From positions 9,114,001-9,178,000 of the forward strand of contig CM120649.1 of NCBI GenBank assembly GCA_051362555.1: DNA of 64,000 nucleotides. The letters run 5' to 3'. The position numbers were made by a program, and so were the translations under genes. This stretch comes from Lingula anatina (Eukaryota > Animalia > Brachiopoda). Positions 50,701-59,966 of this stretch are shown here, piece after piece. The notes below the pieces were generated by a model. The model searched no databases and had not been told where the DNA came from. It saw only the letters and a list, made by a program, of their open reading frames with translations. How positions within the stretch are numbered: position 1 is the stretch's first letter; each line of letters begins with the position of its first letter.

Positions 50701-53082
50701 CTGCACTTTAAAATTTTCAACTTCAAGTGCACCCTCAGTGTTCCAGTCAGCATTGTATGTGGTGTCAGCAGTCACTACTGTCAAGATGAAGACTACAGCT
50801 AGTTGATGACAGTGGTGCAGTCTCCAAGGTAAACAACTTCTGTATTGCTTTAATTGCAATATTATTTGGAGTAAGAATGCCATGATAAATTGAAATAAAT
50901 CTTTCCATCCCCATTCCAATTCATCATATTTTTTAAGTACTGCTCTCATCAACTATTTGTGTAACAGTAATTTTAAAGTATCAGCAGGTAAAAATTAAGC
51001 ACATTCCACTTGTAAAGTTGTTATTTATAAATATAGAATTTCTTGTGCATTTAAATATTATTACCTGTTAACCTTAAAGATGCACACTTGAAGTAAAATT
51101 TTGCTTAAAAACCCTATTAAATGCCACCTTACAGTTTCTAATATCATAACTTACAAAATTACCTAAGTAAGGGCTTCATTTCCTATTTCCTGAAAAATGA
51201 TTTTTGAATGGGTATTTTCTGCTATTTTCTATGCTACATAAATAACCCCTGGTTGTTGTTATCGGCAACTCATTTGAATAACTGAGCAAGCTGCAGTAAC
51301 ATGCCATTCATTACTACATCATCTGGCATTCTGTTAAGAACTGGAGAGAAAGACAAGTAGGCCAATTTATCACCACAAAATTGAAGGTGTTGTTTTAAAG
51401 CTCTGTTATGGCTGATCAACTGATTATACTGGCTTATGTTTTGGCATGTCATCTTTATTTGAGTCAAATAAGAAACTAGCAGAAGCAGATTATATTCTTT
51501 ATAGCTAAGGGCTTGCTTCATATGTACTGTAACTTTTGGCCAAACACAGTAATGCACTGATATGCACCAAACTAGTGCACGTGGGAAGCAAACAAGACAA
51601 AGAATAACAGTTTCTTTTTTGTCAGTAAGTACAACTATATTAACCAGCCAAGGAGTAAAGCTGCCAGCAGAGAGCCCACCTTCATGTGTCTGGCCCCAGC
51701 CATGTGGTCTTCATAGGACTTCTGCCCTGACATCTGACAGCTGCAGACCTGCAAACAATCAAAACAGCACCATGAGAGAGAAAGAGAGAGACAGAGAGAG
51801 AGACAGAGAGAGATTTCAGAACATGGGTCATTTCAGAACAATTACGCCCAGATACATGCAACGATTCTCTTTACAATGTAAAATCAAAACCTTTAAAGTC
51901 ATTTTATACTGTAATCTTCAAATATGCCTTCTACATGTATGCTCTACACTTGCATGCACATATCCCCAAGTTACAAGTTTCAAATTTTATTGTCGCTTTA
52001 ATCAAAATTATGGAGTTGGAAACTGGTAAATTATTGTTGTAATGGAAGACTAACTTTTTTCAACAATTTGGTATCATTTATAACTTGATTTCTACAGCAA
52101 AAAATGTTGTAATCTATATGAAATTTTAATTTCCCTGTACAGAGGAAAAAATCTTACATCACAGTAGAGTTCTGGTTCAGTCTTTTTCTGCGTCCACTGC
52201 AAGGTTTCCCCAGGAGGTTTCACCATCATCAACACACTTGATGGCTCACCAGGGTCAGTCACTTTTCTCTGCCCTGAAACATGGATGCCAGTTAACACTA
52301 TAAACTAGGTTTCTACCCTGCAACATAGCCAACTGTGCACTGACTTCTATCAATTACAAAACAGCAAGAATACCAACAAGGAGTGCTCACCAAGACAGTC
52401 TGCCATCTTCATGAAGGTTAATGGTTGCCATTGTGTTGATGAATGACATAGACAAACTCATATGATTTCATCAAAAGGGCCAGGGGCTCGAAGACAAACC
52501 TCCCTCCCCCTACTGTAACCACAGGCTTTACTCACCAAGCTGATGGTTGCCCCCAGATGGGTCAGTTCTCAGACTGTCTCCAGAGGTCTTCTGGCAGCTG
52601 ATCTCCTCTCCAACACCAGCTTGATTTGGGTTGGCGTCAGATATCTCTGGTAAAATGAGTGCATAGAATTATACATGAAAATTGCTTCCAAACTTATCTT
52701 TATATTGCTACATCCCTTATAAATAATAAAAGTAATTCTAAAAACACCTTTCAACAGCATACAAATTAAAAAAAGGCAAAAAAGTGAGACAACTATGATT
52801 TTATTCTTATAACATCTGACTGTGTTTTTCACATTAAATTATTTCAGTGACCTTTACTGTCAATTGTCTTGACATGTTCTTGTCCTTTTCACATAAAAAC
52901 AAAAACATGCAAATGCACCAAATCTGAAAGTTTAAGTCAATAAATTAATGACAGCCATTCTCCCAATTGTAAGATGTAAAATGATGCTTACCGTGTGTTT
53001 TACCTTCAGCTGTAGGTTGTAGTTGTGAAAGGGGTTCTGACTTGAAACTCGTGGCACCATAATCGTCACTCGTGAAATCCAT
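32794..53082 (-). CDS. U1/matrin-type zinc-finger plus RG/RGG putative RNA-binding protein (CG7065-like uncharacterised family), about 672 aa
   Basis: 17 phase-consistent GT-AG exons on the minus strand: 53082-52992, 52646-52536, 52273-52158, 51748-51680, 47778-47754, 46091-46005, 45239-45100, 44664-44466, 43707-43552, 43315-43241, 42866-42753, 38782-38701, 37914-37809, 37057-36989, 34081-33872, 33359-33255, 33057-32794. Total 2019 nt, open. Motifs: LYCDVCSCQMSGQKSYEDHMAGARHMKNLKK; EPTIGLQYITEF...YVCNLCESKCDPRTLISHVIGAKHRAAYI...AREIEKQEG; RG/RGG tracts; CLVNNEDEAAMALQVSNVLSQAL; Pro-rich tail. The family name comes from motif recall, not a search. Confidence 0.85.
34341..36611 (-). mobile_element. 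Non-autonomous Helentron family 1 copy B (intronic)
   Basis: Reverse complement of 9680-11696 from end to end (aaacaaggccgcaaagctgtcaaatgtacagac ... tacagacacatctgtgtctgtacataaaaa), with one more internal about 340-bp unit. Confidence 0.85.
36696..36931. mobile_element. TA-flanked MITE
   Basis: accggggctagttggaaccggggtaagttggcccc / ggggaccaacttaccccaggtccaactagctccggt, with TA on both flanks. Confidence 0.7.
38296..38499. repeat. About 204-bp intronic duplication (second copy 43038-43241)
   Basis: gattctgtgatatggagctctacc...ctgtctgttacct is present twice with only a couple of substitutions. Confidence 0.9.
39047..40468. repeat. 146-bp tandem satellite, about 10 units
   Basis: aggtcaaaggtcaa starts at 39047, 39192, 39338, 39484, 39630, 39776, 39922, 40068, 40214 and 40360. 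Confidence 0.95.
40715..41002. mobile_element. TA-flanked MITE with internal about 40-bp palindromic tandem repeats, nested in Helentron family 2
   Basis: TIR cggaagccgactggtgccatatgt / acatatggcaccagtcggcttccg with a TA TSD. Contains six copies of atctcgaaatttcgagat. Confidence 0.85.
40919..42561. repeat. Head-to-tail duplication of about 820 bp (40919-41736 and 41737-42561)
   Basis: Near-identical blocks. They produce the duplicated spurious ORFs 40888-41214 and 41755-42030. Confidence 0.9.
43038..43241. repeat. About 204-bp intronic duplication (other copy 38296-38499)
   Basis: Begins at the splice donor of exon 43315-43241 on the minus strand. Confidence 0.9.
44296..44404. repeat. C-rich tandem repeat (about 52-bp unit x2), G-rich on the transcribed strand
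   Basis: ccctccctacagccacctcctcacacaccctctccacagcc occurs twice, separated by poly-C. Confidence 0.8.
46826..47137. mobile_element. MITE of the 1680-2230 family, 5-bp TSD
   Basis: caggcctacccaaccaccagacttggcac / gtgccaagtctggtagttgggtaggcctg. Flanks are GATTT and GAGTT (1 mismatch). Confidence 0.8.
48269..48948. mobile_element. TIR element with about 100-bp arms, CAGGCC termini and perfect 5-bp TSD GACAT
   Basis: caggcctcataaacg... / ...cgtttatgaggcctg, with GACAT at 48264-48268 and 48949-48953. Confidence 0.85.
49247..49501. mobile_element. Hairpin MITE family H copy 2
   Basis: Reverse orientation relative to 21771-22027, with TTA on both flanks. Confidence 0.8.
49693..49975. mobile_element. 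Harbinger-type MITE sharing subterminal sequence with 12605-14117
   Basis: TIR ccattcagaatgagaagag / ctcttctcattctgaatgg with TAA flanks. The inner arms tacatgaaaggaa..ctctc.gcctctcaca.gcctcccca match the 1.5-kb element. Confidence 0.75.
50003..50269. mobile_element. Hairpin MITE family H copy 3 (diverged)
   Basis: ttcccataaac...gtttatgggaa arms, and the core ctaaattgc..aagcagcttacatgtctg..gcctactgaagctgct. Confidence 0.65.
50305..50549. mobile_element. Hairpin MITE family H copy 4
   Basis: ggatcattccc ... atgggaacccagtc, with CTA on both flanks. Confidence 0.75.
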
Positions 53083-53500
53083 GGTCTTATTAAAATGCAC
53101 TTATAATGGGATTAAAATCTTCTAAGTTCTACAGTTAAAAGAAATAAACATAAATACTATGCCATTCTCAATGAAAAGTGAAAGTGCAAAACGATAACAA
53201 TAACCATGTACATTTTTTCACACAGTCATGCTATAATTTAGCATACTAAGAAGGCAAACAATAAATACATCTCACTACTACAGACATATCCGTATACTCT
53301 CTCACTCTCTCACTAATCGAGTCCGACACATGCACGCACGCACCGCACCGCACGTACGCTAGCGCACGCACACATATACACATACACATCAAACATGATC
53401 AAATGAGCATAAGAATGGAAAGTACACGAATGTAGAGAAATAATACATCGACATGAAGTTGAACGTCATGATTTATAATTTATATAGCTTATACTCTTAC

Positions 53501-53700
53501 CCTGGTTGTAACCGTCCGTTATTTACAGCACACTAATACAGATAGCAGCTTCTAGAAGTCCTCCCAAGAATCCCGTGCCCTCCACTGATCCCTTCTAAAT
53601 TATCGGATGTATTCAATTTGACGATTGCTTAACTTCAGCGCTGTTCACTGGCGTTAGGCAAAGGAGACGCCATGTTTGAAATAGTCTCCACCGACGCAAT
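53501..53700 (-). promoter_or_regulatory. Probable non-coding first exon/promoter of the ZnF/RGG gene
   Basis: Splice donor GG|gtaaga at 53501/53500, a locally CpG-richer stretch, and an AAACATGGCG (YY1-like) motif at 53677-53668. The start-codon exon has an acceptor at about 53128. Confidence 0.55.
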
Positions 53701-54307
53701 CAATACTCAGCTCCTCTAATGCACCTTGAGACAGGAGCAAGCGCGTCTTAGTTCTCCTTAGGTCGGGTGGGGTAGAGTGAGATGGAGTGGTGGTAGGGCA
53801 AAACCCTTGAAAATATTTTTTAATCAGTCGCGAAACGCGCAGATCCAACAACAGCTCTTTCTTTTTATTCTCATTGTTAAGCACGCAGCTCAAATACTGA
53901 GATGTTGCAAGCCCGAACCTCTAGAAACTATTCCCCTTTCCCAAGCCACCATAGGGCGGAAAACGTCCCAATACTTAGGCTCATTCGCTGCATCCAAGTT
54001 ACAGTGCTGACAATTATTTAGATCATAAAGAATGCGACTGCTGCATTGTCAGCTTGGATCTCTTTTTACCCACCCTTTTTGAAAAACTAAAAACTTTGAA
54101 AATATGTCGGCCAAGTAGGCCTACATTTTATAAATCAAGAAAAAGGTGTAGCATGCAAACAATTAGGGCCTACTTAGATTTATTTGTAGCACAACCTGCT
54201 GATGTTTTATTAATTTATCTTAAGGTGCTGATGTGAATAATGTATAACTTCAGAAGAATTATCTCCGAAAGGATTGTTGATAAGTGCACACTGAACTCAT
54301 TCTTTCA

Positions 54308-54520
54308 CCCCATTCTCATAGATTAGATCGACCTACATTGGATCGACCTAACTCCCTGGGGGTTCACGCTAAATAGCTGTCAGCCGGGCGGACACGAAAG
54401 TTAATTACCCCTTAAAGCTTGTAGTAGGCGGGGACGGACACTTAAGGGGGATTATCTGACAGTAATCTAGTGAGACTCCCCGCGGTGATAGATCGATCTA
54501 AAAGTTGTGAGAACAGAGCC
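54308..54520. mobile_element. Hairpin MITE family H copy 5 (internally deleted)
   Basis: gatcgacctaactccctggg..ctaaatagctgtca..taattacccc..agtaggcg..gacacttaag..agtgagactccc..gatagatcgatc. Confidence 0.6.
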
Positions 54521-55262
54521 TTTAACACTGGTCACAATACACACAAACCCAACATAGAGGTGCAATTGATATCACAGGCATGCTCTTAAAACATTTAATA
54601 TTCAGATTGCAAACTATGTTTGATTATTTTAGGGTCCCACGTGAAGAAGTTTGCATCAAAGTTGCACTTTCCTGGAACCATGAATAATAATTAAAAAAGT
54701 CATCGTCTAACCTAAAAAAGGAATAGGCCTATACGTTACTGTCACAAATGCAAAACTGTGAAGCGTTTTACTCACTTTGAAAATTCAATAATCACTGGTT
54801 TTGGTCTTTATCTCCTACAAGTATAACGTTGTAAAAATATAATAATCTTCTGTATAGAGCAATTAATTGTCTTTGAGCAACTTTAGTTTGCTTGTCACTG
54901 AATATTAAAAAAACGGGGAAAATAAACCCTACCGACATTAAAATAAACATTAAATAAATAAATTTTCCCTTGGTGGTCCAAATATTATATCAGAAATCAA
55001 TCTATCATGGAATCACAATATATTTTTCTGTCAGCAAAAGAAAATATGGTTTTCTCTTGCGCCAAATACTTGAACAAAATGAAACATTTTGACAATTTTT
55101 CTAGCTAGGGAACATACGTTACCTACTATTATCCATGACGCAAACTCCTTGTACGTAATGTCTAATTTACCATGACTGAACCACTACAAAATATCGGGAC
55201 GCGGTATAAAAATGAAAATTAAATGACCCGGAACATACGTTACCGTACGTTTTTGGAACATA

Positions 55263-56899
55263 CAGGGTTACCACTTAATATGGAATATTTTTTATCATTG
55301 TTATTTTTGAGTGCTGATTAATTTTTTTTTTTTTTTTTGGCTTGAGTCATTAAAAAAGTATGTCACTGAGTGATAATAACATCCAGTCTTCTGTTGTGAG
55401 ATATTTTGGTCAATAATATTAAATCTGACATAAGATGCCATTCAAAAGAAAGGAACACCCTCAGAAAACCATATCAACAGTTTGATGTCAGTATAAAATA
55501 TAAGATAAGATATTAAAGAAAGTGATAGCCTCCGGACAGTGATATGTTACACAGTCAAAGAACTCACTACATAAATCATGAGAAGTCAGTAATTGCGGGT
55601 ATGACCTCCAGCAGCCGCTTGCAGCGCCCTCATCCTACATGGCATATCCTGTGACACGTTTTTTAGAGTTTGGGTGGGGATATCATTCCACGCAGTGATA
55701 TTTGCCGGTCGCAGTTCATCACTATTTACCGGCAGAGGACCATAGCTATTAATTCTGTGAGTTACTTCCGCCCACAGATTTTCAATTGGGTTCATATCTG
55801 GAGAGTTTGCAGACCAGGGCAGTTGCTGAACCCATTGGTTTTGAAGAAAAACAGTGATTCTGCGGCCTCGATGTGGGGTTGCGCAGTCGTCTTGGTACAC
55901 AAAGTTGTTCCTGAAGATGAATCTTACCAATCGAAGTATTGTTTGCTGTAGAATGTCTCTGCAGGAATCCTGGATGAGGTTGCCTCCTAGAAAAACCGAC
56001 TGGTTCTGGGCACCGACATGAAATACTCCCCAAACAGAGACGTTACCATCCCCTGCTTGCACCCTAGGCAGTGCACAATCATTGTTTTATGCCCCTCGTA
56101 CACGTCGGTGGCCACGGATTCGACGATCAACCCTAAAAAATCCATATCTGGCCTTATCACTGAAAACAACGTGATTCCAGTGTTTTGGCTGCAAATGCAC
56201 GTGGTCCCCAGCCCTTTGCAGACGTCGCTGTATATGACCTGCTGTTAACAGTGGTTTCCTTACTGGCCTTCGTGCAAAATAACCGACTTGCAGAAATCTC
56301 TTGTTCACGTGGGACCTTGAAACGGGCGTTTGAATGACATTCTGCCTCTCTTTTCTGAGGACACTGGTTGTCTTTGTACGACCAGCACGGCCTCCACTAA
56401 GGAGAAGGCGATCCTGTCGAGGTATTGGAGTAGGTGCCCCTGTAGCAGCATTTCTTTGGAGGACTTCACAAACGGTTCCTGATAAATGTTGAATTACCTG
56501 GCAGTGGCTGTCCGTTTCTGGCCATTTTCTCTGAGAGCAAGAATCCCATAGTAAGCTGCGTTGCTTTGCTGTCGTACCATATCTTCACTAAGGTACCTGT
56601 CAAGTTTCAGAGCGATCCCTTTGTTGCTTCTCTAAACACGCTCCAAAGATTGACCAAACCCATGCGTTTTTATACAAGGGCAGAAATTGCCGAAAAGATC
56701 ACCCCTCACATTTCTGACCACAGAACATGCAACTGCATGCATCAATTGTTTCGAGAGTTGTGTGGTAATTAGGTAACACATCTGGCTACACATGGAGTGA
56801 CACCTCAGCTTTGGATTTAAAGTAGTTAGAGAGAAATTAAATATTTTGTAGAAAATTTATTGGGCAAAAAATAATATTCCATATTAAGTGGTAACCCTG
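55263..56899 (-). mobile_element. Full-length Tc1 (DD34E) transposon with frameshifted transposase
   Basis: TIR cagggttaccacttaatatggaatatt / aatattccatattaagtggtaaccctg with a TA TSD. The reconstituted empty site ggaacaTAcgttacc matches intact copies of that motif near 55109 and 55230. Confidence 0.92.
55586..56580 (-). pseudogene. Tc1 transposase pseudogene
   Basis: Split ORFs: ARRPVRKPLLT...WNHVVFSDKARY (first D), then VSVWG, YQDDCATPH and WSANSPDMNPIENLW (D-34-E), then ALQAAAGGHTRNY. Frameshifts separate the segments. The 5' boundary is approximate. Confidence 0.85.
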
Positions 56900-57662
56900 T
56901 ACGTTACCATGTTCTTTGCATGGTAAAATTTAAAATTTGAATTTAAATTAAGACAGTCGTAGATTTTTGTCCATGTTTTGAAAATTGAATACAACTTTAA
57001 ATTCATTCCATTTTATTTTCTGACACTTCAGCATGTGAAATGCACCTCTACATTGGGTTTGGGTGAATAATAGTAATAATACATTTTAGTTCTTAAAATT
57101 TCGTGCAACCTTCACCAAAACACCTGAGGCACTTTACTTTTGAATATTTAACCCCCTGATAATATGGTTTTTATTATCTTAGGCCCACTTTTCTTTTTTT
57201 GGTGGTGGTGGGGGGGGGGGGGGGAGAGTGCTAGTATAAATAGTTTTGGAGCCAAACTTCGAAGGCCTTAAAAAAGGGAAGAAGAAATTGAGTCATATAA
57301 TATTGCTGAATATATCGTCAGAAAGCCTGGTACCTGGAGTTTACTTATAAATCTGCTTATTCGACAAATTGCATAAGTGCTCAAAAATCCAAAGACCGAT
57401 GGCTATGGCTAACATACAGAAAAAGAATCAATTATCAAAAGTGCTTGATAATTTTAATTTACTTTATTAAAGTGAAAATATCTTTATTCCTTTTATTGGC
57501 TGAAAAATGTGGTTGCAACCGCTTTTATCAAAAACTGTTCCTTTTCATCGGACACTTCTATCAGTTGTTCTCAGCTACATGTAGTATCAGCTAGTAAGCA
57601 CGTGTTTCCATTGTGTCAGTACATGTAGCACTCCAACATTTGATATTTTCTGCCACAGCCAG

Positions 57663-57663
<1 letters not shown>

Positions 57664-57699
<36 letters not shown>
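57664..57699. repeat. (TG)n microsatellite
   Basis: Perfect dinucleotide run. Confidence 0.95.
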
Positions 57700-57702
<3 letters not shown>

Positions 57703-58597
57703 CAATCTGGAAAAAGTGACCATTCTTCGGGAAATCCCAAGACACAAATTTAGGAAAGGTAGATACGTCTTAAATGAGCAGAAATATTACGCCACATTAT
57801 TTATGTAACATGTAATGGGCTACGGACAGAAATCTGTAGCTCATTGAACAGCAAAGTTTACTTTGTTGTAAATTAATAAATTTTTGTTTGGCGTATTTTC
57901 ATTATGTCTACTGAGTACATGGACCCCCGCCCATTTACCAGAAATGCCGATATTATTTTTCTAGGAAAATTAATGAACTGATTACCACACACTATATAAG
58001 ACCGCGAGTTTAAGAGGTTTATTTACATCGAAATTGTTGACATTGTAGCACCTTAAATTTTTTTCCAGTGCAGGAGGAAGAAATAAATAAAGATCTTCCG
58101 ATCCGTGCGGCCCAATGGGCTTCCTGATGACCAGTATGCATATGGCGATTTCATTGTCAAACATAATAATACTGAAAAGATCTATATATGGGAAAACAAA
58201 TGAGACCAAATCTGTTTAATAATATTAATAAATATAAAATTAATTTATATTATTATCTTTAATACGATAACTAATACCGCAAATATTATATAGGCGTAAT
58301 TTCCGTCTTCATTAGGCCTATCACCACCACCTTTCCAACCGTAAGATAAATATGACGACGTAAATAAATAAGACATAATCGACGCATCTTCACAGCAACT
58401 TCGTGCCTACGTTATAATATATGATAGTTCATTTAGCGCAGACGGTTGAAATAGAAACATAATGAAAATGGAATGTGGGGTCTCTTGGCAGCCAGTGAAA
58501 CAAATGGTAATGACGTTTACGATGATGATGAACATGACTATAATGATGGGCACCCTCTCCACAGGTGAGCTTGTTTCTTGAAACAATACATCTATTA

Positions 58598-58952
58598 TCA
58601 GCAACTTGTTAAATGACAAAAGTTCCACTGCTTTATAAATCGTGATATTCCTTTCCAAAACATGTGAAAACCACGTGATACGCGGTTGAGAGTGACGTCA
58701 GGGCACAGCGAGGCTTCGTTCTGTAGAAAGTCCTCCTCTGCTTGGCAAAAGTTTAAGCCGTAAATGACGCGCTCCACGTGCCGAAAGAAACCCTTTCCTG
58801 CATCCTGCACAGCATCTTCTGCGCATAGTATTTTACCTGTTAAAAATAAATCGAATATTTATACTATAACTTTATCATATGTTTAAAAGTAAATTAGGCA
58901 GAAAGTTAAAAAAAATATTTCAAAAACAGGTGAAAGGGTACAAGAAAAATGG

Positions 58953-59004
<52 letters not shown>

Positions 59005-59966
59005 TTACGATGGTTTAGATCATCTGTGACTGCGAGGGCTAGTTCCCGGCTGATGTTAGTATGTATCCATTTCAGTTCCTCAAAACCGCTGTCCTGGTGA
59101 CCCGAGAAGCAACCAACTGCTGCCTAGACAATGTCATATACAACACATAAGTCTACAAATTTGGACGAACCTTTTATCTTGTTGGTTTGTGTTTGTGTTG
59201 TCACATGCTGTTTCAATTGTATATGCCTACTATTAGGCCTACACAAAGTGAACTTGTGAAAAAGTCAATGGATAGAAAGATGACAGTCTCATACATATTG
59301 TTTACACTCAACAGGACTTCAGAAACATCAGACCATCAAAAACTGTGTTTTTCTAGGAACAATTAGGCTCATGAAGAACATGGCTGATTTGAATGGATCG
59401 TACTGCTTATCGCTGCTTTTACGCTTTTTCTGCTATTCCACATGTCTGTTCCTCATTAATGCTAACTTTACCTTAGAGTTAATGAGCAATGTAGTTAGGG
59501 AAGCAGGTATAAGGAAATGGACTTGTCTATAGCTACTGGTCAATATTAGACAAGCTTTGTACACCGCAAGTGCTTTTTGAATTTGTATTAACTAGAATTG
59601 CTCGATAAAGAAATATTTGCTGACAAGAGATAGTCACGAAGTACAATCGCCGCCTACCTTCGAATTAAAAAAAAATGAACAAAAAAAATGTATATTAGTC
59701 AAAGAAACCAATATTTTAGCATTATAAAAGAACTGAGAATACTGTGTCATTACCCTGAGTGCGGCTGACCCGGCCCGCAGAATGGACTGGCGGTCTTCAT
59801 ACGCCTGGTTATAATACGTGGACACCACGGCACACGTGCAGTTTTGTATTACCGCCAACACGTACTTCTGGGATGAACTGGGGGAAGAGGGGGTCTCCAG
59901 CCCACGTGCCACGCGCACGGTCACACAGAACAGACTCAAAAGGACGTTTAACTTCCCAGACGTCAT
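58598..59966 (-). CDS. Uncharacterised small secreted Cys-containing protein, 188 aa
   Basis: Exons 59966-59754, 59123-59009, 58836-58598. GT-AG introns, phases 0 and 1 match, 567 nt open. Signal-peptide-like start MTSGKLNVLLSLFCVTVRVARG, 8 further Cys, N-glycosylation sequons NCT and NIS. The acceptor at 59975 implies an upstream UTR exon (candidate about 60640-60485). Confidence 0.75.
58954..59002. repeat. (CA)n(GA)n compound microsatellite beside a splice donor
   Basis: Visible run immediately inside intron 2 of the 188-aa gene. Confidence 0.9.

Noticed and set aside
51562-52029. 155-aa + strand ORF
   Set aside because: It is antisense to the zinc-finger exon and runs through a GA microsatellite.
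52391-52512. Extra coding exon of the ZnF/RGG gene (AG...GT bounded)
   Set aside because: It would need a 23-nt upstream intron and contains an in-frame TAA. The model is complete without it.
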